A DNA stretch of 29,693 nucleotides from Nitrosopumilaceae archaeon (GCA_020027255.1 JAHRAP010000112.1:1-29693); one strand, 5' to 3'; counted from the first letter of the stretch, positions 7,861 to 18,333 are shown. The notes: a model not told the origin generated them from the letters alone. Translations and numbers: made by a program.

Positions 7861-8772
7861 TTAAATATAAAGTAACCATGACGAAAACCGTTTGTCATTT
7901 CCTGTAGTTATATTCATAAATTTACGTTGTAGTTTTCTAGTCATCGTTCCTGGATCTCCATTTCCTATTTTTATATGATCTATTTCAGTTACTGATTTTA
8001 CTTCCGCCGCTGTTCCTACCATAAATACTTCATCAGCTACATAAAGATCTTCTCTATCTAAATCCACTTCAGACACATGATCATTATCCAGCTTAACTAT
8101 TTTTATAATGCTATCTCGAGTTATTCCGTTAAAAATACCTGCTGTCAATGGCGGGGTGTATATACCTCCATCTTTCACAATAAAAATATGTTCTGCACTC
8201 CCTTCAGTAATTTTACCTTGATGATTTAACAGTATAGCTTCATCACATCCATCATTTAACGCTTCTATGCGTGCCAACGCCGCATTAGCATAATTAGAAG
8301 ATGCTTTAGCTTTCATAGGTTGCGATCTTGGATCTATTTTTATCCAACTAGAAATCTTACATTTAGCACCAGTTACATTTCCGGCGCTAGTTTCGCCAAT
8401 TTTCCACTCCCAACATGCGATTGAGACATTTATATCGTTTTTTGGAGTCAGTCCCATCTCTCCATGCCCATAATACACTATTGGTCTAATATAACATTCA
8501 TTTAATAAATTAGTCTTGACTGTTTTTATTATTGCGTTTGAGATCTGATCCTTAGAGTATGGAATTTTCATTGAATACATCTTGGCAGATCTGAAAAGTC
8601 TATCTACATGTTCAGATAATCTGAAAATCGCTGATCCGTTTTTGGTATTATAACAACGTATTCCCTCAAATATTGCTGTGGAATAATGTAATGCGTGAGT
8701 TAATACATGTATTTTAGCATCATTATAACATACTAATTTTCCATTCATCCAAATTTTTCTATTGTCTATCAT
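7861..8772 (-). CDS. ilvE: Branched-chain amino acid aminotransferase (PLP fold type IV)
   Basis: ALHYSTAIFEG-x-R-x-Y, FRL-x-EH-x-x-RL, KASSNY, EGSAEHIF and GITRDS motifs. Confidence 0.95.
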   Translation of the reverse strand: MIDNRKIWMNGKLVCYNDAKIHVLTHALHYSTAIFEGIRCYNTKNGSAIFRLSEHVDRLFRSAKMYSMKIPYSKDQISNAIIKTVKTNLLNECYIRPIVYYGHGEMGLTPKNDINVSIACWEWKIGETSAGNVTGAKCKISSWIKIDPRSQPMKAKASSNYANAALARIEALNDGCDEAILLNHQGKITEGSAEHIFIVKDGGIYTPPLTAGIFNGITRDSIIKIVKLDNDHVSEVDLDREDLYVADEVFMVGTAAEVKSVTEIDHIKIGNGDPGTMTRKLQRKFMNITTGNDKRFSSWLLYI

Positions 8773-8843
8773 ATGTAATCGAATTCAAGTTTTCGTAATT
8801 TAAAGAATTATTTACAATATAATTTGTCTTCATTAATATCACC

Positions 8844-10259
8844 CTAAATGAATTTTATAGTGGATTTAATAGAATGTACTGCATTTATTGCTTTTTCAAT
8901 ATTATTATCAGAATCTTTAATTATTACTATTATCCGCGAAGTTTCTTCCTGTGCATCAATATTTAATATGTTTACTCCTACATTTCCAATGCTGTGCCCA
9001 ATTTTACTTACAACTTGTTGAACTCTCCACATGTCATCTCCTATCACAGTAATTACGCCTCTATTGTATATTATATTTGCCAATGGATCGAAACTTAATA
9101 AATATCTCTCATTACGTTTTATATAATTACCATCTAAAAATAAAATTCGTGCAAATTCTATACCGTCCTTTGTAAAAGGAGATAATACTACATATTCTTT
9201 GTAACGTCTATTGGTATTGAGAGATTTTAATAATTTGTTTACACATGAAGATTCAATTCTCAACACAGCACAATTTTTTTTCCCAGTAACGATCTTCAAT
9301 GGATGTACATGTTCATATTCAATTTTTTTTTGTATTGTTGTTATTCTTGACGGGTTCTTCATATTAGTTATTTTAAGAGGAATCTCAACTCCATTCTCTA
9401 TTATCTCTTTAATTACAATTGGATCCAAAATTTTCATTCCAAACATTCCAGCTAATCTAGCTTCATTATAAGATAATTTTTTGATCTCTGTTAATTCATC
9501 ATGTACAATTTTTGGATCTGCAGAAACAACAGAGCTATCTTTTTCGAATGATATTTCAACTTCGTATTTATCATGTAGTAATATGCCTAGATCTACAGCG
9601 GTTCTATCTGAACCTCCTCTTTCATATGTTGTCATGATTCCTTCCACTGTTTTACCAATAAACCCGCCTATGCACACAGCTATATTATTTTTTAATAAAT
9701 GTTCTATATGCTTTATTTTTTTCGTAGATTCAGACAGCAAAAAATTTGCATTTTCTATATTATGATCTGTAATTATTGGCCAACAATCAAACGAAATTGA
9801 TTCAGAATCTACTCCATAACTTTGCATAACATATTTCATCACATGTGACATGAGTATTTCTCCAGAATATGCAAGTGATCTAGATCTTATATCATCTGAA
9901 AAATCATTTTTTACTTTTGCTTCTTCTAATGCTAGTTTTGATTTTGTTAAATACGATCCGATTAATTCATTAACATGATTTTTATATTTTTTTTGTAAAA
10001 ATTTTGTGATATTTTTATACGTTTCAATTTGATTCAAAGACATTATTTCATCATTATGTAATTTTTGGCTTATGTCTAATACCACGTCTGTCATTGATTG
10101 AATTTGTTGTTTTTTAATTGTAAGTGGCGCAGAAAAAACCACAATAATTTTGGTTGATTTTTTTTTAAAAGCTTGAATGCGTTGTATTATTGTTGGTATA
10201 TTTATGCCATTTACCCCTATTGCACTACCGCCGAATTTTGCTATGATTAATTTAGTCAA
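8844..10259 (-). CDS. lysC: Aspartate kinase
   Basis: AKFGGS, GE-x-x-M, RGGSD-x-TA, SADPK, LSY-x-EA and MKILDP motifs; C-terminal ACT-like segment; TTG start. Confidence 0.92.
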   Translation of the reverse strand: MTKLIIAKFGGSAIGVNGINIPTIIQRIQAFKKKSTKIIVVFSAPLTIKKQQIQSMTDVVLDISQKLHNDEIMSLNQIETYKNITKFLQKKYKNHVNELIGSYLTKSKLALEEAKVKNDFSDDIRSRSLAYSGEILMSHVMKYVMQSYGVDSESISFDCWPIITDHNIENANFLLSESTKKIKHIEHLLKNNIAVCIGGFIGKTVEGIMTTYERGGSDRTAVDLGILLHDKYEVEISFEKDSSVVSADPKIVHDELTEIKKLSYNEARLAGMFGMKILDPIVIKEIIENGVEIPLKITNMKNPSRITTIQKKIEYEHVHPLKIVTGKKNCAVLRIESSCVNKLLKSLNTNRRYKEYVVLSPFTKDGIEFARILFLDGNYIKRNERYLLSFDPLANIIYNRGVITVIGDDMWRVQQVVSKIGHSIGNVGVNILNIDAQEETSRIIVIIKDSDNNIEKAINAVHSIKSTIKFI

Positions 10260-10344
10260 TTAAATAACAATTATCTATGTAATACTAATTATTTTATATA
10301 TCTTATAGTTTTTTGTTTTAAATCTATATTCATTATATTAAAAG

Positions 10345-10350
10345 TTTAAA
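10345..10350 (+). promoter_or_regulatory. Probable TATA box of tRNA-Val
   Basis: A-rich BRE-like run followed by TTTAAA, about 24-29 nt upstream of the tRNA. Confidence 0.45.
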
Positions 10351-10373
10351 TTGATTCCAATTAGTAAAACCCT

Positions 10374-10448
10374 GGGCTCGTGGTCTAGCTCAGTTATGAC
10401 ATTGCCTTTACACGGCAAAGTTCCAGGGTTCAAATCCCTGTGAGCCCA
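10374..10448 (+). tRNA. tRNA-Val (anticodon UAC)
   Basis: GGGCTCG...TTGCC-TTTACAC-GGCAA...CAGGG-TTCAAAT-CCCTG-TGAGCCC-A cloverleaf. Confidence 0.95.
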
Positions 10449-10479
10449 TACGACACTATAACTCAAACTTGAAGCCAGA

Positions 10480-11358
10480 TCAAAAACCTCTAAAACCTAC
10501 TGGTCGAGAAGATTCTGGATGTTCTTTTAACCACGAAATTTGTTTTAACATATTGTTTTTATCAGATGGAAATGTGCCCTTTATAGAATATGCATTAGAC
10601 GCATGGTTGGCCCGGAAGACAATCTTTTTTTTAGTGTCTATGTTTTTGATCAACAATTCTAATTCATTCAACGCATCACTATCTTCTACAGGAATAAATT
10701 CTTCATTAAATTTAGCTAAAAATTCATTCTTGATACCATTTTCTAGATTTAACGTTAGGGCTCCAACATATGTTGGAGATATTGCATTTATTATTATTGC
10801 AGTTTCGGTTATGTGTTCTATTGTGTGTTTCTTACCTCCTAACCCCAATATTATCATACATGACAATTCATATCCAGATTTTTTTGCTTTTACACAAGAT
10901 TTGATTATTGTATCATGAGTCGCTCCTTTAGTAATTTTTTTAAGAATAACATTGGCGCCACTTTCTATGCCTAAATACAATAACTTTAATCCTGCATTAT
11001 TCATATCGATTAATTCCTTGTTGCTTTTTTTTAATAAATTCATTGGCATAGCATAACATGACACTCTTTCTAATTCTGGAAATTTATAGTATAGATACTT
11101 AAGAATTTCTATCATTGTATCTGTTTTTATATTCAATGCATCTCCATCTGCCAAAAACACTCTTCTTGTTTTTGGGAGCTTATTGGATATTTCCATTATT
11201 TCGTTTTTTATTTCAGGTAATGATTTTTCGTAATATTGTTTGCTTCTATACATATCACAAAATGAACATTTGTTATATGAACAACCTAGTGTTACTTGCA
11301 ATATCAACGATTCTGATTCTGATGGTGGTCTATAAACAGGGTAATCATAATCTAACAT
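10480..11358 (-). CDS. Radical SAM protein of unknown function
   Basis: GCSYNKCSFC (Cx3Cx2C), FLADGDAL and YLGIESG; ATG overlaps the upstream stop (TAATG). Confidence 0.92.
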   Translation of the reverse strand: MLDYDYPVYRPPSESESLILQVTLGCSYNKCSFCDMYRSKQYYEKSLPEIKNEIMEISNKLPKTRRVFLADGDALNIKTDTMIEILKYLYYKFPELERVSCYAMPMNLLKKSNKELIDMNNAGLKLLYLGIESGANVILKKITKGATHDTIIKSCVKAKKSGYELSCMIILGLGGKKHTIEHITETAIIINAISPTYVGALTLNLENGIKNEFLAKFNEEFIPVEDSDALNELELLIKNIDTKKKIVFRANHASNAYSIKGTFPSDKNNMLKQISWLKEHPESSRPVGFRGF

Positions 11359-12356
11359 TATTTTATAACTCCATTTAATTGCCTTTTATATTTTTTTAAG
11401 GCTATGCAAAAAATTGGAGGCAATAAAACCATACATAGAAATAATAAATTGAAATGCATTGAACTTAATATCAATTCATCGTCGTGATCATGAATATGAT
11501 TCATCATTAACTCAGAAGATGACGAATAAAACATCTCAATAATATTATTCCAGGTATTGTGTATTATTGTTTCCTCGTACCAACTGTGTCCTCCTGGCAA
11601 ACCATTTATTATTAACATAGAACCAATAAATATTAGCATAGATCCAGTGACATACTCTATATTTATTCTTTGTTTAACTAGTGTTTGTTTTACATTTATT
11701 CCAATTATTGTTATTATTGAAATAAGTATTAGCGGAATCGCTCTTCCTATTCCATGAATAAATCCTAATGTGGCTCCAATTTCTAAAGTACCTGTACTTG
11801 CAATGTACGTTAATAACCAATAAAACATGGGGTTTGGACATCCCACTCCTGCATTTCCTAAAAGTAATCCCATGAAAAATGATTTAACTAAATCTCCGCG
11901 TTTTTGAATAAATGTAGGCATTCCAGAATACGTAGGTAAATTTAGACGTATCAGATGAATCTGACTTAATCCAAACGCGAATGCAATTATTCCTGCTATT
12001 AAAAACATAATTGTTGAAACGGTATTTAATGCGACAATGTCGCCAATTTTTGCTATAATGATTCCATATATAGTTATTGTAATTGTTAAGCCCAATCCAA
12101 ATAACATGGACATGACCAGACCTTTTTTGTAACAATGACCCATACTTAATGGAATTATTATGAAAACTAGAGGCATAGTGCATGGAAGAATAATCATGGA
12201 TAATCCTGCTACATATGAGATTATCGCCCACATAGCATATTGCATATCATCATGAAAATCAAACCACATAATTAACGAAAAACATATTCCGATAATTATT
12301 GATGAAATTAAAATAAATATAAAACCAACAACAATTTTGGAGATCGAGCTATCCAT
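11358..12356 (-). CDS. ccdA: CcdA/DsbD-type transmembrane thiol-disulfide transporter
   Basis: Two membrane Cys-Pro motifs (ILPCTMPL and GVGCPNP) and GIGRAIPL; about 8-9 TM helices; His/Asp-rich loop near the C-terminus. Confidence 0.75.
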   Translation of the reverse strand: MDSSISKIVVGFIFILISSIIIGICFSLIMWFDFHDDMQYAMWAIISYVAGLSMIILPCTMPLVFIIIPLSMGHCYKKGLVMSMLFGLGLTITITIYGIIIAKIGDIVALNTVSTIMFLIAGIIAFAFGLSQIHLIRLNLPTYSGMPTFIQKRGDLVKSFFMGLLLGNAGVGCPNPMFYWLLTYIASTGTLEIGATLGFIHGIGRAIPLILISIITIIGINVKQTLVKQRINIEYVTGSMLIFIGSMLIINGLPGGHSWYEETIIHNTWNNIIEMFYSSSSELMMNHIHDHDDELILSSMHFNLLFLCMVLLPPIFCIALKKYKRQLNGVIK

Positions 12357-12429
12357 ATTATAATTTGGTTATGTTTTACAATTTAATAAAAGATTTATTG
12401 TAGTTTAATCAAGTTTATCATGATTTTGT

Positions 12430-12783
12430 ATGCCGATTAATATTTTTGTAGATGGTTCTGGAGGAAATGATTCTGGATATGGTTTCTATGTAACAAATAC
12501 AGGAAACTCTCTATATGAAAAAAAACCTAATCTCACTAATAACCAAGCAGAATATATGGCCATAATACATGCACTCAAAACAATCAATACTGATGATGAA
12601 ATAATAATATATAGTGATTCCAAAAATACTGTGTGCCAACTGAATCATGAATATGCCATAAATAATGATCAATTAAGATCACTTGCAAGAGAAGTATGGG
12701 TCCTAATTAAACTATGTAAATCAGTAAAAATAATCTGGATACCAAGAAATAAAAATTTAGCTGGTAAAATGTTAGGAAGTTAA
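12430..12783 (+). CDS. rnhA: Ribonuclease HI family protein
   Basis: FVDGSG, TNNQAEY-x-A, IYSDSK and WIPR-x-x-N motifs. Confidence 0.88.
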   Translation: MPINIFVDGSGGNDSGYGFYVTNTGNSLYEKKPNLTNNQAEYMAIIHALKTINTDDEIIIYSDSKNTVCQLNHEYAINNDQLRSLAREVWVLIKLCKSVKIIWIPRNKNLAGKMLGS

Positions 12784-12898
12784 AATTTATTATAAATAAT
12801 TGTATCATATAAATTCACAAATTGGTTTTTACATTGCATTTCAACATTTCGCATGAAAGCTTTTATTACACAATGACAAATCATCCAATAATAGCATA

Positions 12899-15001
12899 AT
12901 GACAAAATCATCATTGCTTTCGCCGAAATCAATCGCGATCATAGGCGCTTCTGATAAATCAGGAAGCATAGGTAATGCAATAACAGCTAATATTATCAAA
13001 GATTACGCTGGCAAATTTTTTTTTGTAAACCCTAAACGCAAAAAAATTTTTGGTAGTGAATCATACGCAAGTGTATTAAATATACAGACAACTATTGATC
13101 TAGCTATAATTATTACTAAAAATACTGTCGTGCCGCGAGTTTTAGAAGAATGTGGTAACAAACATGTAGGCGGCGCAGTAATTATCACTGCTGGATTTAA
13201 GGAAGTTGATGACCATGGTGCGCAACTGGAAAAAAAAATTAAACAAATAGCAGATAAGTATAAAATCAGAATTATTGGCCCTAATTGTTTAGGAATAATG
13301 AATTTAGACAAAAATGTAATGATGAATGCCACATTTCTTAAAACTACTCCATCTCACGGTAATATTGCATTGGTATCTCAAAGTGGTGCTATATGTGCCG
13401 CATTGGTAGAAGATGCAAGCGCACAAAACATAGGTTTCTCTGCAGTGGTTAGCATGGGTAATAAAACTGATGTTAATGAAGTTGACATATTAAATATGCT
13501 TGCTGATCATAAACAAACTAAAGTCATTATCATGTATCTTGAATACATATCAAACGTCAAAAAATTCATTGCTGTATGTAATAATATTACCAAATATAAT
13601 AAAATTAAGAAGCCTATCTTGATATTAAAGTCTGGGCGAAGCCCCGAAGGAGCTAAAGCTGCTATGTCTCATACTGGTGCAATAATGGGATCTGATAAAA
13701 TATATGATACCGTACTAAAACAATCTGGTGCTATTAGAGTAGATACAATGCAAGAATTATTTGATTATTCTGTTGCATTTTCAAAACAACCACTTCCATC
13801 CAAAGGAGATTTAGTTATATTATCTAATGCCGGTGGTCCTGCAATAATATCTACAGATGCATGTTCAAAATTCAAAATAAATATGGCTGATATAAGCACA
13901 ATCAGAAATAAAATAAATAAGATTATTCCTCCATGGGCTAGTTCCAGAAACCCAATAGATCTAGTAGGCGATGCAGATTATATACGATTTAAAATGGTCT
14001 TAGATTTAATTCTCTCGCATCCCAATGTAGGATCTGTGATCATTATGTGTACTCCATCCGCCACACTAAATTATGAAGATCTTGCGAATGTCATAGTGCA
14101 AAAATCTAAAAAACACAACAAAACCATATTAGCTAGTCTTATGGGATTAGATGAAGGGCCTAAAAATAAAGAAATTTTGAGTGATGGTAATATACCTTAT
14201 TATAATTATGCTGAAGACGCTGTGAGAACATTGCATACCATGATCAAATTTGTTAGATGGACTAAATCTAGTGCTGGAAAAATTAATAAATATATTGTAG
14301 ATGCAAACAAAGTTCGAGATATTTTTCTGAAAGTAAAAAAAGATGGTCGCAAAAACCTGTTAGAAGAAGAAGGACAAAAAATATTACAAGCTTACGGTTT
14401 TCCACTACCAAAAAGTTTTATTGCAAAAACTAAAAAAGACGCAGTTAAATTTGCAAATCAAATAGGTTATCCAATTGTTATGAAAATAGTTTCTCCACAA
14501 ATAATTCATAAATCAGATGCTGGTGGAGTTAAAGTAGGCATTAAAAATGATAAAGACGTAACTAAATCATTTGATGCAATAGTAAAAAACGTTCTACATT
14601 ATAATGATAAAGCTATAATCAAAGGTATTTTAATAACAGAAATGATTAATGACGGTTATGAATTGATCTTGGGATCAAAAAACGAACCTGGATTTGGACA
14701 TGTTGTCATGCTCGGTATGGGTGGCATATATGTAGAAGTATTCAAAGATGTTACATTCAAATTGGCTCCTATCACAAATCAAGACGCCAGCTCCATGATT
14801 AATTCTATTAAAACTAAAAAAATATTAGATGGTGTACGTGGAAATCCTCCAGCTGATATCAAAAAACTATCAGAATGCGTACAACGACTTTCACAATTAG
14901 TGGTAGATTTTCAAGAAATTAATGAATTGGATATAAACCCAATTCGAGTAATGAATCAAGGTCAAGGGTGTAAAATTTTGGATGTTAGAATAAGTATTTG
15001 A
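12899..15001 (+). CDS. ADP-forming acyl-CoA synthetase (fused alpha+beta), probably 4-hydroxybutyrate--CoA ligase of the 3HP/4HB cycle
   Basis: CoA-binding N-terminus, IIGPNC-x-G, SQSGA, A-x-SHTG phospho-His, NAGGP and ATP-grasp HKSDAGGV. Substrate is inferred from adjacency to abfD. Confidence 0.88.
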   Translation: MTKSSLLSPKSIAIIGASDKSGSIGNAITANIIKDYAGKFFFVNPKRKKIFGSESYASVLNIQTTIDLAIIITKNTVVPRVLEECGNKHVGGAVIITAGFKEVDDHGAQLEKKIKQIADKYKIRIIGPNCLGIMNLDKNVMMNATFLKTTPSHGNIALVSQSGAICAALVEDASAQNIGFSAVVSMGNKTDVNEVDILNMLADHKQTKVIIMYLEYISNVKKFIAVCNNITKYNKIKKPILILKSGRSPEGAKAAMSHTGAIMGSDKIYDTVLKQSGAIRVDTMQELFDYSVAFSKQPLPSKGDLVILSNAGGPAIISTDACSKFKINMADISTIRNKINKIIPPWASSRNPIDLVGDADYIRFKMVLDLILSHPNVGSVIIMCTPSATLNYEDLANVIVQKSKKHNKTILASLMGLDEGPKNKEILSDGNIPYYNYAEDAVRTLHTMIKFVRWTKSSAGKINKYIVDANKVRDIFLKVKKDGRKNLLEEEGQKILQAYGFPLPKSFIAKTKKDAVKFANQIGYPIVMKIVSPQIIHKSDAGGVKVGIKNDKDVTKSFDAIVKNVLHYNDKAIIKGILITEMINDGYELILGSKNEPGFGHVVMLGMGGIYVEVFKDVTFKLAPITNQDASSMINSIKTKKILDGVRGNPPADIKKLSECVQRLSQLVVDFQEINELDINPIRVMNQGQGCKILDVRISI

Positions 15002-15023
15002 ATATAAACATCGTTTTAGAATA

Positions 15024-15029
15024 TTTATA
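15024..15029 (+). promoter_or_regulatory. Probable TATA box for abfD (near-leaderless transcript)
   Basis: TTTATA 22-27 nt upstream of ATG 15051. Confidence 0.4.
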
Positions 15030-15050
15030 GTAGAACAATGTACCATTTAT

Positions 15051-16568
15051 ATGGAAATCAAAACAGGGCAAGATTACATAAACAGTCTCAAAGGTAGAAA
15101 TCTTAAAGTTTACCTTTTTGGCGAACTAGTTGAAGAGCCGACAGAAAACCCAATTATAAAACCATCAATTAATGCTGTAGCTGAAACTTATGATCTAGCT
15201 ATCCGTGAAGAAGAATTAGCTACTGCACAATCATCTATATCTGGCAAAAATGTAAATCGCTTTCTGCATATAGCTGAAAGTGCAGACGATTTAGTTTTAC
15301 AAAATAAAATGCAACGTAAAATGGGACAAAATACTGGTACATGTTTTCAACGTTGTGTTGGTATGGATGCATTGAACGCACTTCATTCTGTAACTATGGA
15401 AATTGATCAAAAATATGCCACAAATTATCATAATCGTTTATTGAATTTCATTAAAATGATTCAAACAGAAAATCTTGTTATTGGTGGTGCGATGACTGAT
15501 CCTAAAGGTGATCGTAGTAAAACTCCATCTGAACAGGAAGATCCTGATTTATTTGTTCATGTGACTGAAAAAAGGGAAGACGGTGTAATAATAACTGGCT
15601 CCAAAGCACATCAAACTGGATGTATCAATTCTCACTGGATCATTGTTATGCCTACAGTAAGACTAACTAACAATGATAAGGATTACGCTATTGTTGGTGC
15701 TATACCTGTAGACGCATCAGGAATTACTTACATATACGGGCGCCAGTCATGTGATACTAGAAGTGCTGAAGGTGGAGATATCGATCCTGGAAATACAAAG
15801 TTTGCAGGTCAAGAGGCAATAATAGTTTTTGATAATGTATTCATTCCATGGGATAAAATATTTATGTATGGTGAATATGAATTTGCATCCATGTTGATAG
15901 AAAGATTCACTTGTTATCATAGGCGTAGTTACGTATGTAAAACTGGGTTAGGTGATGTATTAATAGGTGCTTCAGCTGCTGTTGCAGATTATAATGGTTT
16001 ATCAAAAACATCACATATTAAAGACAAACTAGTAGAAATGACTCATCTCAATGAATCTATATATGCTGCTGGAATTGCATCATCATATCAAGCGCAAAAA
16101 ATGAAGTCTGGAGTATGGTTAAATGATGATATGTTAGCACAAGTTTGTAAACATAATGTGACAAGATTTCCTTATGAGATAAGTAGACTTGCTCAAGATA
16201 TAGCTGGAGGTCTTGTAGTTACCATGCCATCAGAAAAAGATTTCAAAAACCATGAAATAGGCCCTATCTTGAAAAAATACCTAGTTGGCAGAAAAGGAAT
16301 TAACGTAGAAGATAGAATGAGGGTGTTAAGATTGATAGAAAATATGACACTAGGTAGAAATGCAGTTGGTTATTTAACTGAATCAATGCATGGAGCTGGA
16401 TCTCCACAAGCACAAAGAATCCAAATAGCAAGACAAATGCAATTAGGCTATAAAAAAAAACTAGCTAAAATATTAGCTGGAATTGAAATCAACGACAAAA
16501 TTGACGAAGATAAATATTCTGATTACTTTAAACGTGTATTCAAAGTTCCCACCAACAAAAAATTATAA
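15051..16568 (+). CDS. abfD: 4-hydroxybutyryl-CoA dehydratase (vinylacetyl-CoA isomerase)
   Basis: GTCFQRCVGMD and YHRRSYVCK [4Fe-4S] ligands, MTDPKGDRS and ESMHGAGSPQAQ. Confidence 0.95.
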   Translation: MEIKTGQDYINSLKGRNLKVYLFGELVEEPTENPIIKPSINAVAETYDLAIREEELATAQSSISGKNVNRFLHIAESADDLVLQNKMQRKMGQNTGTCFQRCVGMDALNALHSVTMEIDQKYATNYHNRLLNFIKMIQTENLVIGGAMTDPKGDRSKTPSEQEDPDLFVHVTEKREDGVIITGSKAHQTGCINSHWIIVMPTVRLTNNDKDYAIVGAIPVDASGITYIYGRQSCDTRSAEGGDIDPGNTKFAGQEAIIVFDNVFIPWDKIFMYGEYEFASMLIERFTCYHRRSYVCKTGLGDVLIGASAAVADYNGLSKTSHIKDKLVEMTHLNESIYAAGIASSYQAQKMKSGVWLNDDMLAQVCKHNVTRFPYEISRLAQDIAGGLVVTMPSEKDFKNHEIGPILKKYLVGRKGINVEDRMRVLRLIENMTLGRNAVGYLTESMHGAGSPQAQRIQIARQMQLGYKKKLAKILAGIEINDKIDEDKYSDYFKRVFKVPTNKKL

Positions 16569-16613
16569 CGCCATATTTTTATTAAATGAACTATATATTT
16601 GATATGTCTTATA

Positions 16614-17120
16614 TTATTTTCTTCGCTTTTTTATACGATTATACACCATTATCGTTAGTACAACTCCAATTATTATATAATTAATTGGAGGAGCTAAAAA
16701 TCTTATAATGTGACCTACATATGGTATTGTATAAATTACTTTACCTCTATATTCTTCTTCCGTTATTGGAAAATCAACTCCAGGTATGGATGCTTTATTC
16801 GCATCGCCTTTAGTTTTAATAATCTTTGGCACATTATTAATAATAGAATCTACTCGATGGACTATTACTCTATCATGACTTATCGGCTTGTCAAAAACTA
16901 TTATGTCTCCAATAACAATCCTACTAAATTCATAACTTCCTTGGACTACTAATACATCAAAAATTTGTAATTCTGGTATCATGCTACCACTAGAAACTAC
17001 ATAAAATGGATTGTATGTACCAAAAACTACCTGCGTAGATAACCAAATGACAGTAATCGCAATCAGAATTATTATTACATCTTTTATTGATTTTTTGGAT
17101 ATTATATTCTCTATGCGCAA
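16614..17120 (-). CDS. Signal peptidase I (archaeal/Sec11 type)
   Basis: VVSSGSM-x-P, GDIIVF, IVHRV, TKGDAN and GKV motifs; TTG start. Confidence 0.92.
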   Translation of the reverse strand: MRIENIISKKSIKDVIIILIAITVIWLSTQVVFGTYNPFYVVSSGSMIPELQIFDVLVVQGSYEFSRIVIGDIIVFDKPISHDRVIVHRVDSIINNVPKIIKTKGDANKASIPGVDFPITEEEYRGKVIYTIPYVGHIIRFLAPPINYIIIGVVLTIMVYNRIKKRRK

Positions 17121-17134
17121 ATTATAGCACTGAA

Positions 17135-17860
17135 TTAATTAATACTAGTTCCACATTTTTCACAAAATTTTGAATCGTGTTTATTAATAAACATACAGTT
17201 ACTACATTTTAAATGCATATCATCGCCATCAGTAGATATTTGTTCATTTTTGTTAGCACCAATCAAAATAATTTCACCGATCTTTTTAATATTACTCCAA
17301 TTCACAGTGATGATCTCTCCATCATTTTGGATTACGGCCAAAACTATAGATTGTGAAGAATCTATTCCAACTTGTTTGGCAATCCCAATCTTGTTTGCAT
17401 TTTCATCATAAACCTGCATTCCAATTATAGAGTTGAAAGAAACATTACTATTTTGATCATCATTTTCATGTTTTGATGGTTGTTTTATCGAGTTATCGCG
17501 TTTAGAACTATCCTCATTTATCGCATTACCAACTTCATTATTACTAGGTTTTTTAAATTCTCGATACTCTGCAATTACTGATTTACATTCATCGCAAATG
17601 TATTGGCCTTTTTCTAATAATATTAAATTTTCAGCTACTTCTTCATTTGGATTACTAAACTCTATTTTTGGAGATCTGGCATAATCTTTTTCGCACATGT
17701 TGCAATAATATTTGGAGATCTTAGTTGTCTCCAATCTTCCTAAAGGAGCTAAAAATAAATCTGGACCTCCTAAATTTCCTTTCTGTTGCTCTTCTTCATT
17801 AATCTTGGCAATCACATATCCGCCAGATCCACGCAGCTTCTTAACTTTTAAATCCAACAT
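17135..17860 (-). CDS. Zinc-binding / PRC-barrel / zinc-ribbon multidomain hypothetical protein
   Basis: C-x2-C pairs (CNMC, CDEC); PRC-like IGMQVYDENANKIG...IGEIILI; C-terminal CSNC...FCEKCG. Confidence 0.8.
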   Translation of the reverse strand: MLDLKVKKLRGSGGYVIAKINEEEQQKGNLGGPDLFLAPLGRLETTKISKYYCNMCEKDYARSPKIEFSNPNEEVAENLILLEKGQYICDECKSVIAEYREFKKPSNNEVGNAINEDSSKRDNSIKQPSKHENDDQNSNVSFNSIIGMQVYDENANKIGIAKQVGIDSSQSIVLAVIQNDGEIITVNWSNIKKIGEIILIGANKNEQISTDGDDMHLKCSNCMFINKHDSKFCEKCGTSIN

Positions 17861-17949
17861 GGATTATTATGCTATTATTAATATATATACTTGAATTTTT
17901 GTCTAATTATACTAATAACATATTTAGGTGCGTACAGAATAATATTAAT

Positions 17950-18294
17950 ATGCCAATAATAAAAATCAAAGATTTAAAAAATTGGGAATCTTCTGTAATT
18001 AATTCCAAAATACCAGTGTTTGTTGATTTCTGGGCTGAATGGTGCGGTCCATGTAGAATGATCGGTCCTATAGTTGAAGAATTATCTACAGAATATGACG
18101 GAAAAATAAATTTTGTTAAAGTCAATGTAGATGAATCTAATGAATTGGCATCAAAATATAATATTTTTAGTATACCTACACTTCTAATATTTAACAATGG
18201 AAAATTGATAGATCAACAAGTTGGAGCTGCATCTAAAGAATCATACAAAAATATGATCAATCGAATATTAGAAAATAAAGGAGAAGCTAATTAG
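17950..18294 (+). CDS. trxA: Thioredoxin
   Basis: VDFWAEWCGPC and SIPTL. Start moved to ATG 17950. Confidence 0.96.
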   Translation: MPIIKIKDLKNWESSVINSKIPVFVDFWAEWCGPCRMIGPIVEELSTEYDGKINFVKVNVDESNELASKYNIFSIPTLLIFNNGKLIDQQVGAASKESYKNMINRILENKGEAN

Positions 18295-18333
18295 GATCTA
18301 AAACAATTAATAACACATTATATAAGTTTACAT

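Noticed and set aside
10386-10396. tRNA-Val D-loop with AG instead of GG
   Set aside because: A single deviation in an otherwise canonical tRNA; too weak without comparative data.
17869-17949. N-terminal extension of thioredoxin as a possible signal peptide
   Set aside because: It spans the divergent promoter region; ATG 17950 gives a normal-sized thioredoxin.
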